Shown one piece after another: positions 9,757 through 19,438 of a DNA stretch of 64,000 nt (positions are counted from its first letter, which is position 1; every line of letters starts with the position of its first letter). A program made the position numbers and the translations under genes. Origin of the DNA: an uncultured Alphaproteobacteria bacterium (GTDB lineage: Bacteria > Pseudomonadota > Alphaproteobacteria > Rs-D84). Where the stretch lies: assembly GCA_944389495.1 (NCBI GenBank), contig CALXMN010000003.1, forward strand, positions 10,862 to 74,861, in the 5' to 3' direction. The notes under the pieces are model-generated. The model was not told the DNA's origin. It did no database searches and saw only the letters and a program-made list of their open reading frames with translations.

Positions 9757-11626
9757 ATTTTTTCGTCGTGGCGATGGCGGTAATATATTTTTGATAATAT
9801 TTGTCGCATTATTTATTGCGATGATTGCGCGTACATTTACCGGCGGCGTTGCACCAAAGTTCTTGCCGGATGGCACCCCTGCGCCCCAGCCAATAGAATT
9901 AACTTTTTCGGATGTTTTGCGTCGTGCGTCTGAAATCAAGACGATGGATGTGCGTGGCAATGATGCGTCCGGCGTGTTACAAGATGGTACCCCGTACACG
10001 GCAACAATTACATACGATCCCGAATTATTAAGCCAGATTGCCGAAAACGGCGCAACAATTTCGATTGATACGTCTAAGACGTGGGTTGATTATTTGGGAA
10101 CGTGGGTTCCAATCTTGATGGGGCTGTTTTTCATTTGGTGGATATTTCGTGGATTCAAGGGCGGTGCCGCCGGCCTGGGGCGCAGTTTGGCCCAACAAAA
10201 TCCAACAAAAATTACAACCGGAAAAACCAAGACAACATTCAAGGATGTTGCCGGCATAGATTCTGAAAAACAAGAGTTGATGGAAATTGTAGATTTCTTA
10301 AAAGATGGTAAAAAGTTTCGCGATGTTGGGGCGCGCGTGCCACGTGGAATATTGTTGTCGGGCGAACCGGGAACGGGAAAAACATTGCTTGCGCGTGCCA
10401 TCGCAGGCGAGGCAAACGTTCCATTCTTTGCCGCATCAGGCAGTGATTTTTCTGGCATAATCGTTGGTCTTGGTGTTGCCAAAATCAAAGAAATTTTTGA
10501 AATGGCAAAGCGTAATGCACCGTGTATATTGTTTATCGATGAAATTGATGCAATTGGTCAGCGTCGCAGCACCAGTTCATATAATGACCAAGACCGTGAA
10601 CAAACGTTAAACCAGTTATTAATAGAAATGGATGGTTTTGCAAACGATACGGGAATCATAGTTATTGGTGCAACAAACCGCGCAGATATGTTGGATCCGG
10701 CATTGTTGCGTCCGGGGCGTTTTGATCGCCAGGTTTACATAGAATTGCCCGATTTATCTGGGCGACGTGAAATATTAGATTTATACGCCAAAAAGGTGCA
10801 CATTGGTTCTGATGTAAATCTCCAGGATTTGGCGCGTGGTACCACAGGTTTTTCCGGTGCGGATTTAGAAAATTTATTGAACGAGGCGGCTTTACACGCC
10901 GTGCGTAATGGGCGCAAAGAAATATCGTCCGTGGATGTAGAAGAGGCCCGAGATAAAATTATTATGGGCCCGCGCAAGGTTCGCAAAATGCGTCCCGAAG
11001 ATATAAAACTTACCGCTTATCACGAGGCCGGCCACGCATTTGTCAGCATTATGTACGCCGACATTACCGACCCAATACACAAGGCAACAATTATACCGCG
11101 TGGTCGTGCACTGGGGATGGTCCAACATTTACCCATAGATGACAAGGTTTCTATGACCATTGCCGAGGTTCGCGCCAATCTGGCCATTGCATTGGCCGGG
11201 CGCAGTGCCGAAGAAGTTTTCTTTGGGCCCGACAAAATTACCACCGGTGCCGAGAGTGATATTGCAATGGCAACGCGTCTGGCACGATATTCGATAACCA
11301 CGGCGGGTCTGTCGGATAAACTTGGTTTGGCCGCCATTAACCAGGTAAATGTGTTTGGCACGCGCAGCGCATTGGAAAATGCGTCTGAAAAAACGGCCGA
11401 ACTTGTTGATGCCGAGGTTCGTGCCTGGTTGGACGCCGCGCACGCGGATGCAACAAAATTGTTGTCCAAAAACAAAGACACAGTTCGCAAATTGGCCGAA
11501 GAATTATTGGCGCGTGAAACCTTAACGGGCGATGAAATTAAGCAAATCGTCCTGGGGCATAATGCGACCAAGAAAACAACCAAAAAAGAACCCAAGAAAA
11601 AGATAAAAAAAGATGCCACAAAATAA
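9710..11626 (+). CDS. ftsH: ATP-dependent zinc metalloprotease FtsH
   Basis: 638 aa. Walker A GEPGTGKT, zinc-binding HEAGHA and an N-terminal TM segment. Confidence 0.95.
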   Translation: MENQNQIQKNQNKKNKFFRRGDGGNIFLIIFVALFIAMIARTFTGGVAPKFLPDGTPAPQPIELTFSDVLRRASEIKTMDVRGNDASGVLQDGTPYTATITYDPELLSQIAENGATISIDTSKTWVDYLGTWVPILMGLFFIWWIFRGFKGGAAGLGRSLAQQNPTKITTGKTKTTFKDVAGIDSEKQELMEIVDFLKDGKKFRDVGARVPRGILLSGEPGTGKTLLARAIAGEANVPFFAASGSDFSGIIVGLGVAKIKEIFEMAKRNAPCILFIDEIDAIGQRRSTSSYNDQDREQTLNQLLIEMDGFANDTGIIVIGATNRADMLDPALLRPGRFDRQVYIELPDLSGRREILDLYAKKVHIGSDVNLQDLARGTTGFSGADLENLLNEAALHAVRNGRKEISSVDVEEARDKIIMGPRKVRKMRPEDIKLTAYHEAGHAFVSIMYADITDPIHKATIIPRGRALGMVQHLPIDDKVSMTIAEVRANLAIALAGRSAEEVFFGPDKITTGAESDIAMATRLARYSITTAGLSDKLGLAAINQVNVFGTRSALENASEKTAELVDAEVRAWLDAAHADATKLLSKNKDTVRKLAEELLARETLTGDEIKQIVLGHNATKKTTKKEPKKKIKKDATK

Positions 11627-12260
11627 TGATGTGCCCAATTTCGAAGTACTGCATATGCCGCCACAAAACACAAATTCTGTGTTGGTAACGCGTGGCGGCG
11701 ATGCGGTAATTTTTGACGCGTGGGGTAACGCCATTGATTGGGAAAAATTATTGGAATCGCGTGGGCTGCGTTTGCGTGCAATATATTCAACGCACGGACA
11801 CGGTGATCATATTTCGGCCGCACCGATTTTGGCGGAAAAATATAATGTTCCTTGGTTTTTAAACAGCGAAGATAATGATTTAATTTCTTGGTCTAATAAT
11901 TTACTAAACTATTTCGGGTTGCCGCAAATTGAAAATAATTCCAGACGCCCAACGGATCTTGATGCCGGCACGGTTAATATATTGCCGGGGCTGGAAATGG
12001 ATGTTATTGAATCGCCCGGACATACACCCGGTGGACTTATGTATTATTTTCCACATTGGGGCATCTTAATTACGGGCGATACATTATTTCGGGACAGTTT
12101 TGGCCGATACGATTTGCCGGGTGGCGATGCGAATGCGTTGTGGCAATCGATTTCCAAGTTGTATGAAATGAATTTACCGGATGAAACATATGTTGTGCAC
12201 GGTCACGGTGTGGATTCTACTATTGCGATATTAAAGCGCGAAAACCCGTATTTTAAATAA
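11613..12260 (+). CDS. MBL-fold metallo-hydrolase
   Basis: HGHGDH metal-binding motif. Confidence 0.7.
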   Translation: MPQNNDVPNFEVLHMPPQNTNSVLVTRGGDAVIFDAWGNAIDWEKLLESRGLRLRAIYSTHGHGDHISAAPILAEKYNVPWFLNSEDNDLISWSNNLLNYFGLPQIENNSRRPTDLDAGTVNILPGLEMDVIESPGHTPGGLMYYFPHWGILITGDTLFRDSFGRYDLPGGDANALWQSISKLYEMNLPDETYVVHGHGVDSTIAILKRENPYFK

Positions 12261-12262
12261 TG

Positions 12263-13033
12263 TTATTTTTCAAATATTAATACGCGTTGTATGCCGGATA
12301 AATCGTGTTCCACGCGATTAAATTTCCATCCCGCATCTGTAAAGATTTTTTGCACCATTTTTGACATACCATCGCCAATTTCCAGATATATTTTTCCGCC
12401 ACTGCGAATCCATTTGTGTGCGTTTTTTGCGATTGATTCATATGCCGCATATCCGTTGTTTTTTGCATACAGTGCCCGTTTTGGGTCGTGTCGTGCGCCC
12501 GTATTCACACGTAAATCACCACGTGCGATATATGGTGGATTTGAAACGATTACGTCAAATTTTTCTGTAAATGCCCGTGGATTATTAAAATTTCTGTGCA
12601 TAACACGTACCACGTTGTCAAGATTCAGGTTGCGTATATTTCGGCGTGCCACCCGCAACGCGCCGCGTGATACATCCGCCGCCACACCCGACGTGCCGGG
12701 TATGTTTTTTACCAGCGCGGCAATTATACAGCCTGTGCCGGTCCCCAGGTCCAATATATACGGTTTTGCATCTTTACCACAGTCGGCAATTACGGCGGCA
12801 ACCAATGTTTCTGTATCTGGGCGCGGATCCAAGGTATGCCGATTTGTATAAAATTTCAATCCATAAAACCATTTATGATGGATTATTTTCGCAACAGGCA
12901 CCCCGTGCTTTAATGCACGTGCGATATACCAAACTTTTATTCGGGAAAATTTTTGCGTATTTTCAGTAATTACCCGGGCATCGTGTACGTTTCCCACCCG
13001 GGCCAAGATTTCAAACGCTTGATTTATTGTCAT
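12263..13033 (-). CDS. prmC: Release factor glutamine methyltransferase PrmC/HemK
   Basis: NPPY motif (VSNPPYIARGDL) and SAM motif LDLGTGTGCI. Confidence 0.85.
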   Translation of the reverse strand: MTINQAFEILARVGNVHDARVITENTQKFSRIKVWYIARALKHGVPVAKIIHHKWFYGLKFYTNRHTLDPRPDTETLVAAVIADCGKDAKPYILDLGTGTGCIIAALVKNIPGTSGVAADVSRGALRVARRNIRNLNLDNVVRVMHRNFNNPRAFTEKFDVIVSNPPYIARGDLRVNTGARHDPKRALYAKNNGYAAYESIAKNAHKWIRSGGKIYLEIGDGMSKMVQKIFTDAGWKFNRVEHDLSGIQRVLIFEK

Positions 13034-13054
13034 AAAGCAATTATAATCGCCGAT

Positions 13055-14314
13055 ATGAAAAAAGCAAAAGATATTATGAATATAAATAACTTGTCACGTG
13101 TTGTGATTGGGGTGGCACTGGTATTGGTACTGGTTGTATTAATATTGTTATTTGTGCGACGTGACGGGGATGTCCCTGGCATAACCGCGGATGGCGTGCA
13201 TACATCGGTCGTGGTTGTTGCGTCTGGCGATACATTATCAAAGTTATTGACGGACCAGGGGTTTACCAATGCCCAGGTTCTTGAAATTGCCAAGGTATTA
13301 AAGTCGGACGCCGACATAACCAGTTTGCGTGCCACCCGCGACAAATTGGAATTTGTTCGTCCTGATGCGGATTCGCCTGTATCCAAGGTTGTGATTATTC
13401 CGTCCCCCTGGCGTCGTGTAGAGATAACTTGTACACCCGACGGCGTGTGGCAGTGTAATACAATTGATATTCAACCGGACAAGCGTGCGGTTTATCGTGC
13501 GGGTGAAATTTTGGACGGTGACAGTTTTTATTTGGCGGGGGCGCGTGCGGGCATTCCGGATGGCATCCTGGCCGAGGTTTATGATTTATTGGCCTTTGAA
13601 ATGGACTTTGAACGTGACGTGCGCGCGGGCCAGAAATTTTCTGTTTTATACGAAGAAAACTTTGCCGACGGCAAAAAGATTGATAATGGCCGTGTTCTTG
13701 CCATCCAGTTCGAGGCCTTACGTGGTAATGTAAAAATGTATCGTTTTAAAAAGTCGGACGGTAAAACGGGCTACTATGATGAAAATGGAAATGGGGCAAT
13801 TAAATCATTAAAACGTACCCCAATTAATAATGCCAAGGTAACCAGCAGTTTTTCCAACCGGCGCAAGCATCCTGTTTTGGGTTACACGCGTGCGCACAAG
13901 GGTGTTGATTTCCGTGCGTCAACCGGCACACCGATACCGGCCGCCGGGGCGGGGCGTGTTGTTGCACGTGGGTATAACAACGGACACGGTAATTATATAA
14001 AATTGCGCCATAATTCGTCATACGAAACCTTGTACGCTCATATGTCACGCTTTGCCAAGGGGGTCGTTGTTGGTACCACGGTAAAGCAGGGTCAAACAAT
14101 TGGTTATGTTGGTTCAACGGGATTGTCGACGGGACCGCATTTGCATTATGAAATAATCAAGGACGGCAAACACGTTAATCCGATGACGGTAAAATTACCG
14201 GCAATCAGTAATCTGGATGCGGCGGACAAAGAAAAATTCTTGGAATACCGTAAAACACTGGATGCGGGCATAGAACATTTAGCCCAACATCCGAATTGGT
14301 TCATCCAGTTATAA
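13055..14314 (+). CDS. M23 family metallopeptidase with N-terminal TM segment
   Basis: HKGVDFRAS...GHGNYIKLRHN...GSTGLSTGPHLHYEI. The ATG at 13055 (MKKAKDIM) is more plausible than the ORF-track start. Confidence 0.8.
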   Translation: MKKAKDIMNINNLSRVVIGVALVLVLVVLILLFVRRDGDVPGITADGVHTSVVVVASGDTLSKLLTDQGFTNAQVLEIAKVLKSDADITSLRATRDKLEFVRPDADSPVSKVVIIPSPWRRVEITCTPDGVWQCNTIDIQPDKRAVYRAGEILDGDSFYLAGARAGIPDGILAEVYDLLAFEMDFERDVRAGQKFSVLYEENFADGKKIDNGRVLAIQFEALRGNVKMYRFKKSDGKTGYYDENGNGAIKSLKRTPINNAKVTSSFSNRRKHPVLGYTRAHKGVDFRASTGTPIPAAGAGRVVARGYNNGHGNYIKLRHNSSYETLYAHMSRFAKGVVVGTTVKQGQTIGYVGSTGLSTGPHLHYEIIKDGKHVNPMTVKLPAISNLDAADKEKFLEYRKTLDAGIEHLAQHPNWFIQL

Positions 14315-14410
14315 AAAGTATGCGCGGTCATAGTTAACATATGGACAAAAATCGTCGCTTGACTTGAATTATAAAATCACATAAAATATTGCATTGATAA
14401 GCAGTTTTTT

Positions 14411-14519
14411 ATGCCGAATTTAAACGTCCGTTTTATCGGGCGTTTTTATTTTATAAAAAAATCCGATTTTCCGCACTTTTTGCTTTTATGTATATGCCGA
14501 AAAAAAACGGACGTTTGGA
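14411..14519. repeat. GCCGAA palindromic element (degenerate copy)
   Basis: ATGCCGAATTTAAACGTCCG...internal hairpin...ATGCCGAAAAAAAACGGACGTTTGGATTCGGC. Same architecture as the elements at 27885 and 49555. It lies directly upstream of A copy 2. Confidence 0.5.
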
Positions 14520-14545
14520 TTCGGCCAAAAATCAGGGGAAAAATA

Positions 14546-14953
14546 ATGGGTGTTTTAAAGACTTTGTTTTTGCTTGTAATCGCAATTACATTCTGCCAAC
14601 CGGCGTCTGCCGTTACCAAATGCGTAAAATTAAATTCATCAACAACGTGTTCCGATTATTCGGGCGCATTCGGTCAATCAAATTGGTCCGCGACATGCGG
14701 TGGCATATCAATACAGGGTGTTACATTTTGTGGTTCGCAAAACGGCGGTTCAGTTGGTGCAACAACCGACGCCGTTACGACCAGTTCAACCAATAAATAT
14801 TGTTGGTGTAAAATGGTATCACCTGCGGTGTCGCGCTGGGTTTTCGCCGGCGCGGATGATCATTGCGCGTACCGTTGCGCGGACGCCTGTGCGGGCTTCG
14901 CTCCGGCCACTGAGACTTTCCGGTCTGCGTTGTTCTCGGGTCTCGGCGATTGA
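14546..14953 (+). CDS. Family A secreted Cys-rich protein (copy 2)
   Basis: RBS aggggaaaaataATG. MGVLKTLFLLVIAITFCQPASAVTKCVKLNSS...NKYCWCKMVSPAVSRWVF...FRSALFSGLGD. Confidence 0.6.
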   Translation: MGVLKTLFLLVIAITFCQPASAVTKCVKLNSSTTCSDYSGAFGQSNWSATCGGISIQGVTFCGSQNGGSVGATTDAVTTSSTNKYCWCKMVSPAVSRWVFAGADDHCAYRCADACAGFAPATETFRSALFSGLGD

Positions 14954-15136
14954 TATATACGTAAATGCGTATGCGAATGCATACGCCGGTAACAGGTGGG
15001 GGTATGGGGGCGGATTCTCCGCCCCCGTGGAAAACAGATATGATAAAGGGGATTTATATAAAATAACGTAAGTTTTTTACATCAGGTTCCCAGCCACAAC
15101 TGGGAACAGGTTGCATCGCCGTATGCAGTCGTCGCA

Positions 15137-15270
15137 CGTCTTTCTCTGCGGTGTCGCGCTGGGTTTTCAACAACGCGAACACGTCGGCCGGTTCTTGCGC
15201 GAACAACGTTCAGAACAATGCGTCTTTCCGGTCCGCGTTGTTCTCGGGTCTCGGCTCCTTTGACAGGAAT
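15137..15270 (+). pseudogene. Promoter-less 3' fragment of a family A gene (candidate silent cassette)
   Basis: Two conserved boxes, ctgcggtgtcgcgctgggttttc and tttccggtc(c/t)gcgttgttctcgggtctcggc, are shared with the 3' end of A copy 2 at 14815-14950. They bracket a divergent ~80-bp segment encoding VSRWVFNNANTSAGSCANNVQNNASFRSALFSGLG. It has no start codon and no signal peptide. Confidence 0.5.
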
Positions 15271-15498
15271 ATACAGTTTGGCCAACCTGCGGGACGGGTG
15301 CAACAGCACCTTTCAGATGATATTCATCTGTTTTGCCTGTTATCCAAGGCGGGGTGGTGCGACCTTTTTGGACGCGTAAAACGCGGCCTTAAAAATACAA
15401 TGCGCAGGGGACGTCTGGGTTAGTAGTCGTATATGATATGAATATTATGTCTGTTGTGACAGAACGCCCGGGGCGTCCAATGGAATATCGGGGGGAAT

Positions 15499-15825
15499 AT
15501 GACATTGGATGAAATAAATAACCTGAATGGCAATATGTGCCCGAGATTTTCAACGTTTGCTAGGGATAAATTGCCAATGCCCGGCAAGAAAAAACGCCTT
15601 GACGAGATATTAAACCGCGAAATCATCGTGACTGATTTCAGAATTACTAAATCTAAAAAACGTGATGGAACAGATTGTCTGCGATTGCAATTTATTATTG
15701 ATGGTAATGTCTGTGTTGCTTTTACTGGCAGTGCTGTTTTATCAGACCAAATTCAATCGGCCAAAGATAACATACCTTTTCGTGGAACAATTGTAAAAAT
15801 AGACCGATATTACTCTTTCTCTTAA
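15499..15825 (+). CDS. Hypothetical protein (108 aa), inserted between A and B of cassette copy 2
   Basis: ORF only. No recognisable motif. Confidence 0.3.
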   Translation: MTLDEINNLNGNMCPRFSTFARDKLPMPGKKKRLDEILNREIIVTDFRITKSKKRDGTDCLRLQFIIDGNVCVAFTGSAVLSDQIQSAKDNIPFRGTIVKIDRYYSFS

Positions 15826-15847
15826 CACAACAACAGGGGGTTAAATT

Positions 15848-16126
15848 ATGAAATATTTTTATGTTTATCTGCTTTTATTAATACCATCAACTGTATATGC
15901 CGCCGAACCATCAACATCGTGCCCATCGGGTTATGTCGCAATAGAAGAAGAATATATGGATATTGCGGATGGTTCGTGCCCATCTGGATATACATCCGCC
16001 GGTACGGCGGACAGTTGTCTGATTTCGTCACCCGCCGGTTCATGCATAATGTACGCACCGGCAAATACAGAATACAGTGATGATGTCGGTGCGTATAAAT
16101 TTATCGTTGATTGCCCGATGGAATAA
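15848..16126 (+). CDS. Family B small secreted Cys-rich protein (copy 2)
   Basis: RBS caggggg. MKYFYVYLLLLIPSTVYAAEPSTSCPSGYVAIEEEYMDIADGSCPSGYTSAGTADSCLISSPAGSCIMYAPANTEYSDDVGAYKFIVDCPME. Confidence 0.6.
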   Translation: MKYFYVYLLLLIPSTVYAAEPSTSCPSGYVAIEEEYMDIADGSCPSGYTSAGTADSCLISSPAGSCIMYAPANTEYSDDVGAYKFIVDCPME

Positions 16127-16469
16127 ATGTTCGAACCCGTTTGAATGGGCATTTTTGTCGTGCAAATTTTATAAGTTCTATTTTGTTTGGTAAAATTCTT
16201 GTACTATACGGATGTGAATATGCTAAAAACGTGTGGAACTGCGGGTTTATTTCGGTGCACCCAGAAGTTTTCCCTTGGTGTCGGCTACGGGTGTCCTAGA
16301 TAGATATTCGAACGGCGCTTGTGCTTGTTCTTATATATTCGGATTCCCCTGCACGGCACGGTGTGTCGGCTGCGGCGTGGCCACAAGCGTGCCGATTTGC
16401 CGACACCGTCGTTTGGCAAATTTGCTTGTTGCCGCCCCCTTGGGTTCGGGTTCAAATTCTCTGGGATTG

Positions 16470-16507
16470 CACAAAAATTAAACCGCCGTTTCCGGCGGTT
16501 AAATTTC
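16470..16507 (-). terminator. Intrinsic terminator downstream of tRNA-Arg
   Basis: Hairpin ccgccggaaacggcgg followed by a T-tract on the minus strand. Confidence 0.4.
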
Positions 16508-16584
16508 TGGCGCGCCCAGAAGGATTCGAACCCTCAACCTTCTGATCCGTAGTCAGATGCTCTATCCAATTGAGCCATGGGCGC
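16508..16584 (-). tRNA. tRNA-Arg (anticodon ACG)
   Basis: The reverse complement folds as a cloverleaf: GCGCCCA/TGGGCGC acceptor, anticodon loop CTACGGA, T-loop TTCGAAT, 3' CCA. Confidence 0.85.
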
Positions 16585-16639
16585 AACGTTCGTATATTTT
16601 ATATTATTTTATCCAGATTGCAAGAAAAATATCTCTTTT

Positions 16640-17230
16640 TTATCTGCCGTTATTATTATCGTGGCCGATCCCGTGATACAGCATATTAAAATGTTGGCGA
16701 CACACAGATTTATAATTACTGTCCCCAACGGCAATCTGTGCGCCCGCCCGCACCACATTACCCGCCGCGTCATATCGCAAATGATGCGTCGCCAGGCGCA
16801 TACAACCCGGTATCTGGCACGTAGATTCCATACGATGTAATTTTGCGCCAACCTCTATTAATCTGCGCGAGGCGGGAAATATGTGTTCGTTGCTGTCCAC
16901 CATCAGGCCGTAACACATAATTATAATCGGTTTGCTGTCGGCAATGTGAACCAGTCTGTCCACGTCGTCCGGGGTAAAGAACTGGATTTCATCAATTAAA
17001 ACCATTTTAGTGTTTGGGGCCGGTGACCAATTGCGCAAAGATTCCAATACGATCGCGTCCGCTGATATTCCAATTCTGGAATTGACTTTGTTGTCGCTGA
17101 AACGATTATCGATTTTGGGCTTTATAATTTCGGTTTTATTGCCATTTTTATTTTGGTTATATGCGTTTATAACCAGTTGCGCAGACTTGGAACACCCCAT
17201 AGTTCCATAATGAAAATGTAAATTTGCCAT
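16640..17230 (-). CDS. tdk: Thymidine kinase
   Basis: P-loop YGTMGCSKSAQL plus a C-terminal zinc ribbon. Confidence 0.85.
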   Translation of the reverse strand: MANLHFHYGTMGCSKSAQLVINAYNQNKNGNKTEIIKPKIDNRFSDNKVNSRIGISADAIVLESLRNWSPAPNTKMVLIDEIQFFTPDDVDRLVHIADSKPIIIMCYGLMVDSNEHIFPASRRLIEVGAKLHRMESTCQIPGCMRLATHHLRYDAAGNVVRAGAQIAVGDSNYKSVCRQHFNMLYHGIGHDNNNGR

Positions 17231-17246
17231 TTCTTTATAACCCCAC

Positions 17247-18182
17247 TTATGATGCCATAGATTCCAAACGCTCGATCCGTTTTTCCACGGGCGGATGCGT
17301 GGCCATCAGTGAACTGATAAATTCACGTGGGCCGCCTGGGTATGCAATACATACGGCGGACATAGATTTAACCTTGTCCAGGCATTCCACACGTGAATCG
17401 GTCGTAATTTTTCGCAGTGCATTTGCCAATGCCATTGGGTTATGTGTAATTTGTGCGCCTGTTGCATCGGCGGCATATTCGCGATTGCGTGACACGGCCA
17501 TACGTAACAGCGGTGTAATAATCCAGTTAAATACCATAAAGGCCAACCATACCATCAGTAATACCGCCGCGCCGCTGTTTTTATTATCGTTATCACCGCC
17601 AGACCCCACAATTGCCATACGTAAAATCATATCAGCCGCGAACACAGTAACACCAACGCCGGTTATCAACATCATATCCAAGCGTATATCGCGATTCCCG
17701 ATATGTGCCATTTCGTGTGCGATTACCCCCTCTAATTCCAGGCGGTCCAGTTTTTTTATAATTCCGCGGGTCAGTGCAACGGTCGCATCGCGTGGACTGC
17801 GTCCGGTGGCAAAGGCGTTCATAGAATCGTCATCTATGATATACACGCGCGGCCGCGGCAGTCCCGCCGCAATTGCCACATTTTCAACGGCGCGAAAAAC
17901 CTCTCGATTTTGTGGGTCGGTATCCAAGATTTCGTGTGCGTGTGCCGAACTAAGCATCATTGCATCGCCAAATGCCCACGATATAACCAGCCATACCACG
18001 CACGCAATAAATGTTGGTATTGCGACACGAACCGTGGTTTCCAGTGCTTGGTCTGCGGGAACAACAATCCAAGTAAATAAAAATATCAGCGCGATAAATA
18101 TCAGTGGAAACAATATCACCAGCATAATTGTTTTCAAATTATTGATGCGAATATGATCATATACAGTTTTGACTTTGTTCAT
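17247..18182 (-). CDS. htpX: M48 heat-shock protease HtpX
   Basis: HEMAHIGNRD (HEXXH) motif, TM segments, 311 aa. Confidence 0.85.
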   Translation of the reverse strand: MNKVKTVYDHIRINNLKTIMLVILFPLIFIALIFLFTWIVVPADQALETTVRVAIPTFIACVVWLVISWAFGDAMMLSSAHAHEILDTDPQNREVFRAVENVAIAAGLPRPRVYIIDDDSMNAFATGRSPRDATVALTRGIIKKLDRLELEGVIAHEMAHIGNRDIRLDMMLITGVGVTVFAADMILRMAIVGSGGDNDNKNSGAAVLLMVWLAFMVFNWIITPLLRMAVSRNREYAADATGAQITHNPMALANALRKITTDSRVECLDKVKSMSAVCIAYPGGPREFISSLMATHPPVEKRIERLESMAS

Positions 18183-18250
18183 AGCAAATGGTTCCTGTTA
18201 AATTTTTAGTATTCGCCACATATTATAAACAAAAAACGGGGCGCGTCATT

Positions 18251-19411
18251 ATGAAAAATATATTTCGAATATTTATATTTCTGTTTTGTTTTGATGCGGT
18301 TGCGTCACCTGGGGCGTTGAACAATATTTTTTCTGGGATGCCGTCATATCTGATGGATACAGCCCGTGCCTGGGCCGGTGTTTATTCTGATTTTGGTCCC
18401 GGTGCAGAAATATCGTCATATCTGGACGGCACGCGTTCGGATAATATTGCCCAGTATTTGGATGCAATATCATTATTGGGATTTAACAATACGTCGATGG
18501 CGATATTTGATGTTACAACACATCTTAATCGGGTATATGACGTAATAGATGCGCCATTGGTTGCGCGCCGTGGGGATTGCACCCCAAACCTGGGGCGGTG
18601 TGAATATGGACGTCGCACATTGGTTATTGATGGCCACGTATTTGGAACCTTTTCTGAATCCAGTGCGGGAAATAATGGTGACTTTAAAACAAATAATACA
18701 GGTTTTGTTGTAAATGCCAAAAGTTACTTTGCAGACGGATGGTTGTTTGGTGTGGAATACACGCGTACTATGACGGACACGCACGATACGCGAATTTATT
18801 CTGATGCAATTGGTAACAGTGTAATGATGTTTACGCAATACCTGGGGCGACACGGAATATTTTGGAATTTGGGGATAAATGCGGGCCATACCAGTTGGAA
18901 TACAGACAAAATGATTGTGGGAATTGCGGACCCGGGAACGTATGATACCGACTTTTATTCTGCCCAGACTAATTTTGGTATTCGAATGCAGCGCGGACGG
19001 GTATCTTTAACACCTGGATTCGCGGCCAGGTATGTACGAATGGGGGCCGACAAGTATATTGATTCAGCCACCCAGGAATTTGATGATTGGTGGTATAATG
19101 CGATGACAGCAATGGCATCGTTGGATATGGGGTTTGATTTTATCGGCAGTGATTTTGTGTTACGCCCAAGATTACGTATTGGTGGTGGCTATGACGTGAT
19201 AAGTAATGGCACAGATAAAATAAATGTTCGATTGCCCGGCAATCAATCATATGACATACCAATTGATATACCGCATCGTACGATGTTGGTGGCGGGACTG
19301 GGGCTGGATTTTTTTAACCAGTACTTTACCGCGGGGCTTGGGTATAATTTTGATATGCGTTCGGATTTTGTATCGCATACGATTATGGCAAAAATAAAGT
19401 TAGCGTTTTAA
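18251..19411 (+). CDS. Putative outer-membrane beta-barrel protein. Hypothetical.
   Basis: Signal peptide (MKNIFRIFIFLFCFDAVASPGA). The C-terminus ends in an aromatic residue (...AKIKLAF), and the sequence has an alternating amphipathic pattern. Confidence 0.4.
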   Translation: MKNIFRIFIFLFCFDAVASPGALNNIFSGMPSYLMDTARAWAGVYSDFGPGAEISSYLDGTRSDNIAQYLDAISLLGFNNTSMAIFDVTTHLNRVYDVIDAPLVARRGDCTPNLGRCEYGRRTLVIDGHVFGTFSESSAGNNGDFKTNNTGFVVNAKSYFADGWLFGVEYTRTMTDTHDTRIYSDAIGNSVMMFTQYLGRHGIFWNLGINAGHTSWNTDKMIVGIADPGTYDTDFYSAQTNFGIRMQRGRVSLTPGFAARYVRMGADKYIDSATQEFDDWWYNAMTAMASLDMGFDFIGSDFVLRPRLRIGGGYDVISNGTDKINVRLPGNQSYDIPIDIPHRTMLVAGLGLDFFNQYFTAGLGYNFDMRSDFVSHTIMAKIKLAF

Positions 19412-19438
19412 AAATTTAAAGTAATCTGGTATAATAAA

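Noticed and set aside
10028-11823. Multiple minus-strand ORFs inside ftsH, up to 267 aa (11020-11823)
   Set aside because: Antisense shadow ORFs within a canonical, conserved FtsH coding region.
14411-14545. N-terminal extension of the ORF-track CDS 14411-14953 (MPNLNVRFIGRFYF...)
   Set aside because: The extension starts at the ATG inside the GCCGAA palindromic element and has no RBS. The real start is the ATG at 14546, preceded by aggggaaaaata and followed directly by a signal peptide homologous to other A copies.
16111-16552. Cluster of small + strand ORFs (16111-16552) around tRNA-Arg
   Set aside because: They overlap the tRNA and its terminator. No RBS or conservation. Probably non-coding intergenic sequence.
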